Positions 1 to 9,238 of a DNA stretch of 64,000 nucleotides are shown piece by piece (the stretch's first letter is position 1; every line of letters starts with the position of its first letter). The position numbers and the translations under genes are program-made. The notes under the pieces were generated by a model. It was not told where the DNA came from and ran no database searches. It worked only from the letters and a program-made list of their open reading frames with translations. Where the stretch lies: the NCBI GenBank assembly GCA_963828165.1, contig CAWHDR010000001.1, positions 1,088,001 through 1,152,000 of the forward strand, given 5' to 3'. This DNA is from an uncultured Chloroflexia bacterium (GTDB lineage: Bacteria; Chloroflexota; Limnocylindria; Limnocylindrales; CSP1-4).

Positions 1-231
1 ACGAGCTTCGAGCGAGCGAACGCCGCCGCCGAGGCGCGCTGGTACACGTATCGCCCGACGTATCCACTGTCGTACCTGCTCGGTCGCACGTTGCTGCTCA
101 AGCTCCGGACCGACGAGGAGGCCCGCCTCGGCGACGCGTTCTCGCTGAAGGGCTTCCACGACACGCTGCTGCGGAACGGCTCGCTGCCGATCAGCTTCCA
201 CCGACGGCTGCTGGCCGGCGAAGGCGTCTAG
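1..231 (+). CDS. DUF885 family protein, 3' partial
   Basis: Frame +1 reads ...AEARWYTYRPTYPLSYLLG...FSLKGFHDTLLRNGSLP..., typical DUF885 C-terminus; TAG at 229-231. Confidence 0.8.
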   Translation, partial: TSFERANAAAEARWYTYRPTYPLSYLLGRTLLLKLRTDEEARLGDAFSLKGFHDTLLRNGSLPISFHRRLLAGEGV

Positions 232-236
232 CACCC

Positions 237-938
237 GTGCTCGTCATCCCCTCGATCGACCTCGAGAACGGCCGCTCACGCGTGGTCTACTGGCCGGGCG
301 CTTCCGAGGGGACCGGTGCGCCGACGGATCGGCCGGAACGGATCGTCGAGCGGCTCGTCGCGGAGGGTGCTCGCCTCATCCACCTGATCGATTTCGAGGG
401 TGCGCGAGCCGGCAAGCCGGTCAGCCTGGAAGCGGTCGGCGCCGTCGCGTCGAAGAGCGCCGTGCCCCTGCAGCTCGCGGGCGGCCTCGATTCCGCCGAG
501 GCGATCCAGCTCGCGTTCGCGGCCGGCGCGACCCGGGTCGTGCTGACCACGGCCATCGCCGACCGTCCCGACGAGCTCCGGGCGTGCCTCGCGATCGCCG
601 GTGGCTGGCTCGCCGTGGGCCTGGATCCTCGGCCGGAACGGCTGGCCGCCTTTCCCTGGCGACGGTCGCCCGCCCCGACGATCGCGGAGCTCGTCGAGGA
701 GCTCATCGGCGCGGGGGTCGGGCGCCTGGTGCTCGCTCATGGCGGGACGGCTCCGGACCTCGAGCGGGTGGGTTCGCTCGTTCGGTCGTACGATGCCGAG
801 ATCCTGGTAGCCGGTGGGGTGCGCGACCTCGACGCCATCCGCCGACTGCGCGACACCGGTGCCGCCGGCGTCATCCTCGGTGAGGCGATCCTCTCCGGGG
901 CCATCGACCTTCCCGCAGCCCTGGAGGCCGCCGCATGA
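237..938 (+). CDS. HisA/HisF-related TIM-barrel protein (divergent)
   Basis: VIPSIDL N-terminus, HLIDFEGA, LQLAGGL and LVAGGVR phosphate-binding repeats. Confidence 0.8.
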   Translation: MLVIPSIDLENGRSRVVYWPGASEGTGAPTDRPERIVERLVAEGARLIHLIDFEGARAGKPVSLEAVGAVASKSAVPLQLAGGLDSAEAIQLAFAAGATRVVLTTAIADRPDELRACLAIAGGWLAVGLDPRPERLAAFPWRRSPAPTIAELVEELIGAGVGRLVLAHGGTAPDLERVGSLVRSYDAEILVAGGVRDLDAIRRLRDTGAAGVILGEAILSGAIDLPAALEAAA

Positions 939-1627
939 TCCCTCGCTCCATCCGCGCCATGGCCGCACTCGCCACGCTGGCCGCTGTCGTGGCCTGCACC
1001 GCTGCGCCGGGCGCGTCGCCCTCCGCCGCGCCGCCCTCGCAGGGCCCGCCGTCGCAAGCCGCGCCATCGTCCGCCGCGCCGTCAGGCTCGTCGGCTGCCG
1101 GCTCCTGCCCATCGTCCGAGCCGGCAGCACTGCCCGCGGGCGAGACTCGGACGGTGACGATCGAGACGTCCCAGGGTTCCTTCACGATGGCCCTGCAGGC
1201 GGACCTATCGCCGATCGCCGTCGGCAATTTCGTGGCGCTGGCCGAGTGCGGCTTCTACGACGGCGTCGTCTTCCATCGGCTGGTGCCGGGTTTCGTGATC
1301 CAGGGTGGTGACCCTGACGGCACTGGGACGGGAGGCCCCGGCTACACCATCACGGACGAACCCGTGACCACGGAGTACCAGCGTGGCACCGTCGCCATGG
1401 CTCGCACAGCGCAGCCGAACTCCGTTGGCTCGCAGTTCTTCGTGGTCCTCGACGATGCAGCCCGGGGATCGTTGGCACGGGCCAACACCTACCAGATCAT
1501 CGGCGAAGTGACGGCCGGAATGGATGTGGTCGACACGATCGCCGCCATGCCGAACAGTGGCGACCAGACCGGCAACCAAGCCCTTGAACCAGTGGCGATG
1601 ACCAAGGTCACCGTCAGCCAACCCTGA
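935..1627 (+). CDS. Cyclophilin-type peptidyl-prolyl isomerase, lipoprotein
   Basis: Lipobox VVAC, P/S/A linker, FYDGVVFHRLVPGFVIQGGDP, SVGSQFF. Confidence 0.9.
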   Translation: MIPRSIRAMAALATLAAVVACTAAPGASPSAAPPSQGPPSQAAPSSAAPSGSSAAGSCPSSEPAALPAGETRTVTIETSQGSFTMALQADLSPIAVGNFVALAECGFYDGVVFHRLVPGFVIQGGDPDGTGTGGPGYTITDEPVTTEYQRGTVAMARTAQPNSVGSQFFVVLDDAARGSLARANTYQIIGEVTAGMDVVDTIAAMPNSGDQTGNQALEPVAMTKVTVSQP

Positions 1628-1644
1628 TCCGCCATCGAAGGAGC

Positions 1645-2154
1645 ATGCCCATGACCCGAGCCACGATCGCCACGGAGATCGGCGACATCGAGATCGAGCT
1701 CTACGACGAGAGCGCCCCCAAAGCAGCCAAGAACTTCATCGACCTCGCGAAGAAGGGCTTCTACGACGACGTCATCTTCCACCGCGTCATCCCGGGCTTC
1801 GTCATCCAGGGCGGCGATGGCCAGTACGGCAAGAAATCGTCGCTCGAGCGCGGTCGGGTCGGAACCGGCGGACCCGGGTACAAGTTCGAGGACGAGCCGG
1901 TCACCGGTGAATACCAGCGCGGGTCGCTCGCGATGGCGAATGCCGGTCCCAACACGAACGGCAGTCAGTTCTTCATCTGTACAGCCGACCTGGCCGGGAA
2001 GCTGCCGAAGAACTACACGCTGTTCGGGCAGGTGACCCGTGGGCTTGACATCGTGGACAAGATCGTCTCGGCGCCGCGCGACGGCAAGGACCTCCCGAAC
2101 GACCCCGTCGCGATGACGAAGGTGACGGTGCATGAGGAGGCGGCGAGCCAGTAG
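1645..2154 (+). CDS. Cyclophilin-type peptidyl-prolyl isomerase, cytoplasmic
   Basis: FHRVIPGFVIQGGD, AMANAGPNTNGSQFFI; GAAGGAG RBS. Confidence 0.93.
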   Translation: MPMTRATIATEIGDIEIELYDESAPKAAKNFIDLAKKGFYDDVIFHRVIPGFVIQGGDGQYGKKSSLERGRVGTGGPGYKFEDEPVTGEYQRGSLAMANAGPNTNGSQFFICTADLAGKLPKNYTLFGQVTRGLDIVDKIVSAPRDGKDLPNDPVAMTKVTVHEEAASQ

Positions 2155-2211
2155 CCGGAACGAACTGACGAAAGATTAAGGAATTTACACAGTTCTCCTT
2201 GCCAAAAAGCC

Positions 2212-2240
2212 TTGGAAAACGGCCCCTCGCAAGGTAGGAT
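2212..2240 (+). promoter_or_regulatory. Sigma70-type promoter
   Basis: TTGGAA-N17-TAGGAT with an AT-rich tract upstream (2171-2210). Confidence 0.5.
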
Positions 2241-2245
2241 ATGGA

Positions 2246-2418
2246 GGCTGTTAAGGCAGCGCTGCCCCAGCGTCAAGGTCATGGGTAGGTAGGGTCAGGG
2301 TAGTCGGTGCAGCCGACGTGATAGATGCCTTTGGCGCGTGGCAGAAGCGTCCGCCTCGGCGGACTCCTTCACCGGGACAGCATCGAAGCGGCTCCTTCGG
2401 GAGCCGCTTCGTCGTTTG
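2246..2418 (+). ncRNA. Candidate structured small RNA
   Basis: No credible ORF; lies between the promoter and terminator hairpin; nested stems visible by eye. Confidence 0.45.
2384..2418 (+). terminator. Intrinsic terminator-like hairpin
   Basis: Perfect 12-bp stem CGAAGCGGCTCC-TTCG-GGAGCCGCTTCG followed by TCGTTTG. Confidence 0.7.
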
Positions 2419-2519
2419 TCCGGCGCCATTCGGAAGGGACGATCGGGCCCCAGGGATCGAGCGCCAGGCGGGCCCACCCCACTATCAGGATCGTGGGTCG
2501 ATCTCGCGCATGTAATCAT

Positions 2520-2579
2520 GCTACTTGACAGTAGCCGGTTCTCGGTACAGGATATGTGCTACGGAGTGGTAGCACATAT
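2520..2579 (+). promoter_or_regulatory. Promoter with two GCTAC-N6-GTAGC operators
   Basis: GCTAC-TTGACA-GTAGC (2520-2535) and ATATGTGCTAC-N6-GTAGCACATAT (2552-2579). Confidence 0.6.
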
Positions 2580-2606
2580 TCCGCTCCGGTACGAAGGAGC
2601 ACCGAG

Positions 2607-3029
2607 ATGGCTGCCATCACACGCGGCAACACCCAGGTCCACCCCCTCACCATCGCCCTCAGGGCCGGCGTCGTCGGTCTCACATTTGCCACCGCCGCGA
2701 TCCACGCGTCGCTCGGCGGCATGCTGTTCCTGGCCAACGCAGCGGGCTACACGATCCTTGCCATCGCGATGGTCATTCCCGGTGCCGTCGGAAAGTGGCG
2801 ATGGCTGATCCGCCTCGTCTTGATCGGCTTCGCCGCCGCCACGATCGGCGGCTGGGTCGCCTTCGGCCCTCGCTTCGGGCTCGCGTATCTCGACAAGGCG
2901 ATCGAGGTCGCGCTCATCGGCGTCCTCCTGATCGAACAGTGGCAGTCCGACGGTGGCCCGCGCGGCGTGCTCCGTAAGGTCCGCGGCCTGGTGCGCAGCA
3001 CGGGGACCTTCGCGAGCAACGCCAGGTAG
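2607..3029 (+). CDS. Small membrane protein (about 4 TM)
   Basis: GAAGGAG RBS before ATG 2607; four hydrophobic segments. Confidence 0.75.
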   Translation: MAAITRGNTQVHPLTIALRAGVVGLTFATAAIHASLGGMLFLANAAGYTILAIAMVIPGAVGKWRWLIRLVLIGFAAATIGGWVAFGPRFGLAYLDKAIEVALIGVLLIEQWQSDGGPRGVLRKVRGLVRSTGTFASNAR

Positions 3030-3072
3030 CAGTCCCCGACCGTCCTACGGCGAAGCGAACGAGCTGGCCGCC

Positions 3073-6000
3073 TCAGGCCAGCTCGTCGGCGGGCTCGACG
3101 AGACCCAACCGGTACGCGAGGGCCGCCGCCTCGCCACGCCCCGCCACTCCGAGCTTGCCAAGGATGTTCGACACGTGGACGCCGGCGGTGTTCTCGCTGA
3201 TGAACAGCTCGTCGGCGATCTGGCGGTTCGTACGACCGAGCGCGACGAGGCCGAGGACCTCGCGCTCGCGCGGCGTCAGTCCAAGGCCCGCCGCTTCGTC
3301 CTTCGGGGCGGGCGCTTGCTCCTGCTCGGATTCGAGCGTGAGCCTCGCCCGCGCCGCGAGCGCCGCCACTTCGCGTCCGAGCAAGGCGGCCCCGAGCTCC
3401 GCAGCGATGTCGCGCGCAGCCCGTAACGCCGCGGTGGCCAGAGCCCGATCCCCACGACCCGCCAGGCGGGACTCGGCCTCGCGCCAGCGAGCGTACGCCG
3501 CGGGATAGGGCCGTCCCAGCCGGTCCCACGCCTCGACAGCTGCCAGCCAGGCACCCGGGTCCGGGTGGCGATGCAGGCGCGTCGCCTCCGCCTCACACAG
3601 CAGCAGGAGGGCCGCGGAATACGCTTCAACAGCCGGACGCGTCGCGAGGATGTCGGCATGCCGGCGCCGGATGCCGGCAAGGAGGCCCTCGCCGGCCGCA
3701 ACGAGCTCGCGCACCCGATCGGGCGACCGGCGCGCTCTGGCCAGCTCTGCGGCATCGGCGTTGGCCCGCAGGCCGAGGGCGTACACCTCTCCGATCCGCA
3801 CCTCGGCGTTGTAGTCGATCTGCACGATGGTCGCGGCGACCTGGGTGGCGGCCTCTTCCGGCCGGCCCTGCCACAGCGCCAACTCGGCGAGGCTGGCATG
3901 CACCGGCGCAACGAACTGGATGTCGACGGCTCGGTCTGCGCGCGCCGCGAGTGGCCGCAACAGGTCGGCCGCCACCTCGATGTTGCCGCGAGCCAGCGCC
4001 AGACGGGCCAAAAGCTCCTGCACGAGGATCTCGTTGACCCCGAACGGCCCGAAGCCCTCGGCCCGCCGAACCGCCCGCTCGGCCTCGTCCCAGCGACCCA
4101 GGCGGTAGAGATAGTCCGCCTTGTTGGCGAGCATGTGCGTGCCGAAGAAGCGCATCAGACCCAGCCGTTCCGACGTCGCGATGCCCACCTCGGCCACCGC
4201 GATGGCCTCGTCGAGCCGTCCGGCCCCTTCCAGGACCCACACTCGGTTCGCATACGCCCGGCCGATGTCATCGCCGATGCCCAGGTCCTCCGCGATCGCC
4301 AGGGCGGCGCGGAGGTCCTCGAGCGCCGCGTCGATCTCGCCAGCGACAGCCCGGTCGGCACCCCTCGTGTTGAGGGCGTGGCCCTCGATGTCCCGCGCGC
4401 CGATCGATCGAGCGAGCACGAGCGCTTCCTCGGCCAGCGGGCGGGACTCCTCGAACCGGCCGCCCAGCATCAGGATCTGGGCAAGCCCGGCGATCGCACG
4501 CGCCCGCGCCTCGGACGGCGGTGCAGCGGCGATCAGGCCCATGGCGGTCCGGTACGCCTGTTGCGCGAGCTCGCCCTGACCGGCGATCCAGGCGTACCGC
4601 CCGAGTCGCTCGTTCAGCAAGCCGGCACGGAGGCGGTCGTCCGCCTCATCGGCGAGACGGATCGCGGCCTGCGCGTGCGCCACCGCGCGTGCCGGTTCGT
4701 GGAAGCGGGCGACCCCCGCCAGGGTCGCGAGGAGGTCGATGCGGTCGCGGCCCACCCTGGTTTCGGGGTCCGGTACCTGATCCCAGAGGTCGATCGCCCG
4801 CTCGTACTGGTCGACCGCCTCCGGATACGCGTACCTGGTCTCGGCCGCAGCCCCCGCGGCGACCGCCAATTCGAGCGCGCGAGGCAGATCATGGGCCGCG
4901 TACCAGTGGTAGGCGCGCTCCGCCGCATGCGAGGCGTCGCCCCCGGACCGAGCCTCGAGTGTCCGTGCGAACGCCGAATGCAGACGCGTTCGCTCCCCCG
5001 GCAGCAGGTCGTCGTAGATCGCTTCCTGGAGCAGTGCGTGCCGGAATGCGTAGCGCTCGGTTCCGGTGGTCGGGTCCGCGACGAGGACCTGGCGACCCAC
5101 GCACTCGCGGAGCGCCTCGTAGAGCGCTGCTTCGTCCATCGATGCCGCGACGGCCAGGAGGGCCGGGTCGACGCGGTGTCCGGCGGCCGAGGCGATCCGC
5201 AGGAGCTCCTGGGTCGGCTCGGCGAGGTCGGCGATCCGCGCGAGGAGCACGTCGCGAAGCGTCTGGGGCAGCTCGGTCCGGCCGTCGTCGCCGGCGGCGA
5301 CCAGCAGCTCTTCCGCGAAGAACGCGTTGCCGCCCGAGCGAGCGTGGATCGACTCGATGAGCGAGGCGTCGAGATCGTGGCCCGCGATCGCACGCAGCTG
5401 GTCCGCAGACTCCCGGTGATCGAAGGGCTTGAGGTCGAGCCGGTCGACGCGGCCGGATCGTTCCAGCTCGGCGATGAAGGGCAGGAGGGGATGGCGTCGG
5501 TGGAGCTCGTCCGAGCGGTAGGTGAAGAGGAGCATCACCGCGGTGTCGCGGAGATTGCGAACCAGGAACCCGAGCAGGTCGCGGGTCGAGCGGTCGGACC
5601 AGTGCAGGTCCTCGACGATGAAGACCACAGGGGTCGCTGTCGCGAGGCGTTCCAGCACCCCGAGCAAGATCTCGAAGAGCCGGCCCTGGGCGTGGTCCAG
5701 GCTGAGCGCGGATGCGGGTGCCTCGGACACGGGGCCGAGATCCGGGATGAGCCGCGCGAGCTCCGAGCGCCCGGGACCGATCACCGTCTCCAGCTGATCG
5801 GGTCCGGCGTGTCGCGCCAAGCCGCGCAGGGCTTCGACCACGGGTGCGTAGGGCATCGCTCCGTCGCCGAGGTCGATGCAGCCGCCCGAGAGGACGATCG
5901 CGCCCTCGGTCTCCGCCAGCTCGGTGAACGCGGCGAGCAGCCTCGTCTTGCCGACGCCGGCCTCCCCGGCCACGACCATCGCGCTGCCCCGCCCTTCCCG

Positions 6001-6081
6001 CGCGACGCGGATGGCGTCCCGAAGCCGCCCAAGCTCCGTCGAGCGACCGATGAGCACTGGGCTCGAGACGCGGACCGACAT
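3073..6081 (-). CDS. AAA-ATPase/TPR/LuxR-HTH (MalT-like STAND) transcriptional regulator
   Basis: Walker A GEAGVGKT, Walker B VEDLHWSD, C-terminal LTPREREVL...TNRQIADELFISENT...HVSNILGKL; start reassigned to ATG 6081. Confidence 0.92.
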   Translation of the reverse strand: MSVRVSSPVLIGRSTELGRLRDAIRVAREGRGSAMVVAGEAGVGKTRLLAAFTELAETEGAIVLSGGCIDLGDGAMPYAPVVEALRGLARHAGPDQLETVIGPGRSELARLIPDLGPVSEAPASALSLDHAQGRLFEILLGVLERLATATPVVFIVEDLHWSDRSTRDLLGFLVRNLRDTAVMLLFTYRSDELHRRHPLLPFIAELERSGRVDRLDLKPFDHRESADQLRAIAGHDLDASLIESIHARSGGNAFFAEELLVAAGDDGRTELPQTLRDVLLARIADLAEPTQELLRIASAAGHRVDPALLAVAASMDEAALYEALRECVGRQVLVADPTTGTERYAFRHALLQEAIYDDLLPGERTRLHSAFARTLEARSGGDASHAAERAYHWYAAHDLPRALELAVAAGAAAETRYAYPEAVDQYERAIDLWDQVPDPETRVGRDRIDLLATLAGVARFHEPARAVAHAQAAIRLADEADDRLRAGLLNERLGRYAWIAGQGELAQQAYRTAMGLIAAAPPSEARARAIAGLAQILMLGGRFEESRPLAEEALVLARSIGARDIEGHALNTRGADRAVAGEIDAALEDLRAALAIAEDLGIGDDIGRAYANRVWVLEGAGRLDEAIAVAEVGIATSERLGLMRFFGTHMLANKADYLYRLGRWDEAERAVRRAEGFGPFGVNEILVQELLARLALARGNIEVAADLLRPLAARADRAVDIQFVAPVHASLAELALWQGRPEEAATQVAATIVQIDYNAEVRIGEVYALGLRANADAAELARARRSPDRVRELVAAGEGLLAGIRRRHADILATRPAVEAYSAALLLLCEAEATRLHRHPDPGAWLAAVEAWDRLGRPYPAAYARWREAESRLAGRGDRALATAALRAARDIAAELGAALLGREVAALAARARLTLESEQEQAPAPKDEAAGLGLTPREREVLGLVALGRTNRQIADELFISENTAGVHVSNILGKLGVAGRGEAAALAYRLGLVEPADELA

Positions 6082-6152
6082 GCCTTCGATTATCGGGCCA
6101 GGGATCCATTCGCCTCGAGGAAGTCGTTGCGGTTCCTCGTCTGTTACGGCGG

Positions 6153-6332
6153 TCACGCGGCTGCGCCCACGCGCTTGAGCCGCCTGACGACGGCGAGGGT
6201 GAGCCTGGCGCGCCACGGTCGGGCGGGCTGTCGCTCGACGGCGGTGGTCTTCATCAGCCGGCCGCCGTCGGCTTCATGCCGCAGTTCCTGCAACCGCTCC
6301 GTTCCCAACAGTTCCATCGCGTAACCGGTCAT
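6153..6332 (-). CDS. 59-aa small protein (absent from ORF track)
   Basis: GGAGG RBS; MTGYAMELLGTERLQELRHEADGGRLMKTTAVERQPARPWRARLTLAVVRRLKRVGAAA*. Confidence 0.6.
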   Translation of the reverse strand: MTGYAMELLGTERLQELRHEADGGRLMKTTAVERQPARPWRARLTLAVVRRLKRVGAAA

Positions 6333-6543
6333 CCCCTGCCTCCCGTCCGCACCGATCCTGCCTGGCTACCAGGAATGCTCGGGCTAAAGGGGTGGGCAGC
6401 ACATCACGATGGCTCGTTATTTCGGGGTGGTGCTCCCGTGGTTTCATCCGTGATCACGGGATGGGACGCTCAACGTACGCGACGGTTGATACAGTGCTGG
6501 ACACTCGACGAAACACGTAGACCCAGCCAGGAGGGGAACGGGG

Positions 6544-7200
6544 ATGCGAAGGTCACGGACCCTGCCAAGAGCCATCGTTGTCGGCGGACTCGCGCTCGCG
6601 TTTGCCGGCTGCGGCAGTTCCGTCGGTTCTGGAGGACCCTCAGCAACCGCGGCATCCCCAGCTCCCGCCGCGGTCGTCCTCTGGCCCGCGCCACCGGATC
6701 CGCTCGAACGGACCGTCGCCGCCGGATTGGAGCCCGATACACGGGAACACATGACCAATCACGTCCACGCGCACGTGGATATCTTCCTCGATGGCAAGCC
6801 GGTCACGATCCCGGCCGGTATCGGGATCGACATCGGCAATCCAGACGTGCGCACGTTCGAGGAGGCTGATGGTTCGGTTTCCTATGGCGGCATCGAGCGG
6901 TGCGCCCAGCCATGCATCTCGCCCCTCCATACGCACTACGCATCGGGGATCGTCCATACCGAGTCGGAGACTCCGGAGCCGAACACGCTCGGCCAGTTCT
7001 TCACCGAATGGGGCGTCGCCCTCACCGACTCCTGCGTCGGGGAATACTGCAGTCCCAAACCCATCGCCTTCTACGTCGACGGTGAGCCCTATACCGAGGA
7101 TCCCACGGTCATCGAGCTGAGCGACCAGAGGGAGATCGCGATCGTGATCGGCACACCGCCCGCCGAGATCCCGAAGACCGCCGACTTCTCGAAGGAGTAG
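6544..7200 (+). CDS. Hypothetical lipoprotein with HxHxH/HTH histidine motifs
   Basis: Lipobox FAGC; HVHAH, PLHTH, GIVHTES, TLGQFFTEWGV. Confidence 0.8.
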   Translation: MRRSRTLPRAIVVGGLALAFAGCGSSVGSGGPSATAASPAPAAVVLWPAPPDPLERTVAAGLEPDTREHMTNHVHAHVDIFLDGKPVTIPAGIGIDIGNPDVRTFEEADGSVSYGGIERCAQPCISPLHTHYASGIVHTESETPEPNTLGQFFTEWGVALTDSCVGEYCSPKPIAFYVDGEPYTEDPTVIELSDQREIAIVIGTPPAEIPKTADFSKE

Positions 7201-7273
7201 CGGCTGCGCGGAAGCGTCCAGGCTCGGCGCACGCCCTCGTCTCGGCCGACGACGTCGGCGGGCGCGCCTCGCC

Positions 7274-7624
7274 TTACATGGACCGGTAGGGAGTGAAGAG
7301 AGCCGGCACGTCGCTGCCAGCCAACTTCGCCCTGAGCTCGGCGCTCGGTTCACCGAGCAGTTCGCCGTGAACCACGGAGACCGTGGCCAGGACCGCATCG
7401 AAGAGGTGGCCGAGATTCGCGGCGTGGTGGATCGCCGCCTCGGAGTCCCGGAACCGCTCGATGAACATGCACTCGGACTGATCGCCATTGAGGTAGAGGT
7501 CGTATCCGAGCGTGCCAGGCTCCGTCGCCCGCACGATCTCCGTGGCCTGATCGGACAAGCGCAGGTACTCCTCGCGCTTGCCCTCGTGAAACTTGAATCG
7601 TGCGATCCCAAGAAGCTCACTCAT
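7274..7624 (-). CDS. Antibiotic biosynthesis monooxygenase (ABM) family protein
   Basis: ARFKFHEGK...EPGTLGYDLY...ERFRDSEAAIHH; GGAGG RBS. Confidence 0.8.
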   Translation of the reverse strand: MSELLGIARFKFHEGKREEYLRLSDQATEIVRATEPGTLGYDLYLNGDQSECMFIERFRDSEAAIHHAANLGHLFDAVLATVSVVHGELLGEPSAELRAKLAGSDVPALFTPYRSM

Positions 7625-7715
7625 GGCTTGGTCCTCCAACCGTTGACGACGCGATAGACCTTCGAACTGAAGGCCGAAGGTCTGGCAACGTTCAGCGGGT
7701 ATCATCGCGGTCCGC

Positions 7716-7791
7716 GCGCCTGTAGCTCAGTGGATAGAGCGTCGGCCTCCGGAGCCGAAGGTCGCAGGTTCGAATCCTGTCGGGCGCGCCA
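7716..7791 (+). tRNA. tRNA-Arg(CCG)
   Basis: Cloverleaf: acceptor GCGCCTG/CGGGCGC, anticodon loop CT-CCG-GA, GGTTCGAATCC T-arm, encoded CCA. Confidence 0.97.
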
Positions 7792-7909
7792 TTACAACCT
7801 GGGGTAGGGCGATGGCCAGCCCACGGTCGTACGCGGCAGTCGTGAGGCGAGCGCTGACGAACCTCGGGCCCGCGACGAGGATCCGCTCGTAGACAGCGTG
7901 CACCAAGTC
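7727..7909 (-). pseudogene. Probable C-terminal remnant of a site-specific recombinase reading through attL
   Basis: DLVHAVYERILVAGPRFVSARLTTAAYDRGLAIALPQVVMARPTGFEPATFGSGGRRSIH*; upstream part missing; position and helix-strand pattern resemble large serine recombinase tails. Confidence 0.5.
7776..7796 (+). repeat. attL core (21-bp direct repeat)
   Basis: CCTGTCGGGCGCGCCATTACA, identical to 16414-16434. Confidence 0.9.
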
Positions 7910-7966
7910 AATACCGCAGCGATAGCCGTCCTGGCAGCCGTCAGGGCGGCTCTCTTGTCTCGGTCG

Positions 7967-8245
7967 TCAGAAGTCGCGATACCGCCAGTGGACTTCGCCG
8001 CGCTCCGGAGCTAGACGTGAAAGCCGTACCAGCCACACGAGTCCCAGGACGATCCCGGCCCCACCGATGTACGGCAGGAGCGCCACCCACCCCCATCCCG
8101 CGTAGAACATCGGCTCACCTATGGTCCCGGGCTTAGCGACCAAGACGATTGCCAAGACCACGGGCGCCAGGAAGCCAATAGTGAGTTCTAGGCGGATCGC
8201 GGCCCCCGCGCGGTCCAGGCGTCGCTGGCGTTCCTCGTATTCCAT
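7967..8245 (-). CDS. Small 2-TM membrane protein
   Basis: Two hydrophobic helices; TACGGT-N6-ATG leaderless start. Confidence 0.65.
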   Translation of the reverse strand: MEYEERQRRLDRAGAAIRLELTIGFLAPVVLAIVLVAKPGTIGEPMFYAGWGWVALLPYIGGAGIVLGLVWLVRLSRLAPERGEVHWRYRDF

Positions 8246-8426
8246 GCCGGCACCGTACGCCCCGCGGTCAAGGAGGCCGACCCTGAGTCGTTCGACGTCG
8301 AGGCGTAGGCCGCGTCACCGGGCGCGGCACTGCAACGCCCAATTGACGACAAGCGGTGGTCCACGACTTTCGCTGCGCCGGCAGAGATTCCCAAACTGTG
8401 GGCACCGTAAGCGAGGGGTCGTCGGG

Positions 8427-8930
8427 ATGGCCTATTGGGATTCCCAGCCAAATCGCACCAGGCTCATCGTCGCCGCGATTCTGCTCGGCCTCGGCCTGGG
8501 CGGGTTCTTCGATGGCATCGTCCTACATCAGATTCTGCAATGGCACCACATGGTGAGCACACCGACCCCGCCGAATACGCTGGAGAACTTGGAGCTGAAC
8601 ACGCTGGGGGACGGGATTTTCCATGCCGCGACGTGGCTCCTGACCCTCACCGGCGTTCTTGTCCTGACGACCTCGAACGGCGCACGCCACCAGGAAGAGG
8701 GGGGCCGCACGCTAAGTGGCGGGATGCTCGTGGGTTGGGGATCGTTCAACGTGGTCGAAGGACTGGTCGACCATCACCTCTTGGGGCTCCATCATGTTCG
8801 CCCGGGTCCCGACGAGCTCGTCTATGACGTTGGCTTCCTGATCTGGGGCGGCATCATGCTTCTGGTCGGCGTCGCACTCATCCGCCGGGCTCGTCAGTCA
8901 GCGCCGGCTGGTCCAGCATCCCGGAACTGA
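8427..8930 (+). CDS. DUF2243 membrane protein
   Basis: GLGGFFDGIVLHQILQWHHM, DGIFHA, FNVVEGLVDHHLLGLHHV. Confidence 0.88.
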   Translation: MAYWDSQPNRTRLIVAAILLGLGLGGFFDGIVLHQILQWHHMVSTPTPPNTLENLELNTLGDGIFHAATWLLTLTGVLVLTTSNGARHQEEGGRTLSGGMLVGWGSFNVVEGLVDHHLLGLHHVRPGPDELVYDVGFLIWGGIMLLVGVALIRRARQSAPAGPASRN

Positions 8931-9238
8931 CCCCCGAGAAGAGCTCGACCGCGCACAGCGGACTAGGGGGAGTGCCTTATCGACGGGCCCCCTCACGGAG
9001 GGCACTTACCCAGCCCCCCGGCTACGCAGGGGGAAGGACGATCCAGTTAGGGGCAACTCGTGGATTGGCCAGTCTGACTGGCGCGACCGGGGCAGACGCC
9101 GCGTGGCCACTCAACGAAAGCGCCCTTGATCACACGTCACGGGTTGAGCTCGGGCCAGTCCAGGCGCGCCGTTCCTCCCATGAATGGACGCTATTCAGTC
9201 ATCGTGTGAGCCACCTTTCGAGTGGCTCGTTAGCGCGG

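Noticed and set aside
3565-6324. 919-aa plus-strand ORF and similar long antisense ORFs (e.g. 52400-54580, 56056-59037)
   Set aside because: Shadow frames of real genes caused by high GC3 codon bias; no recognisable motifs
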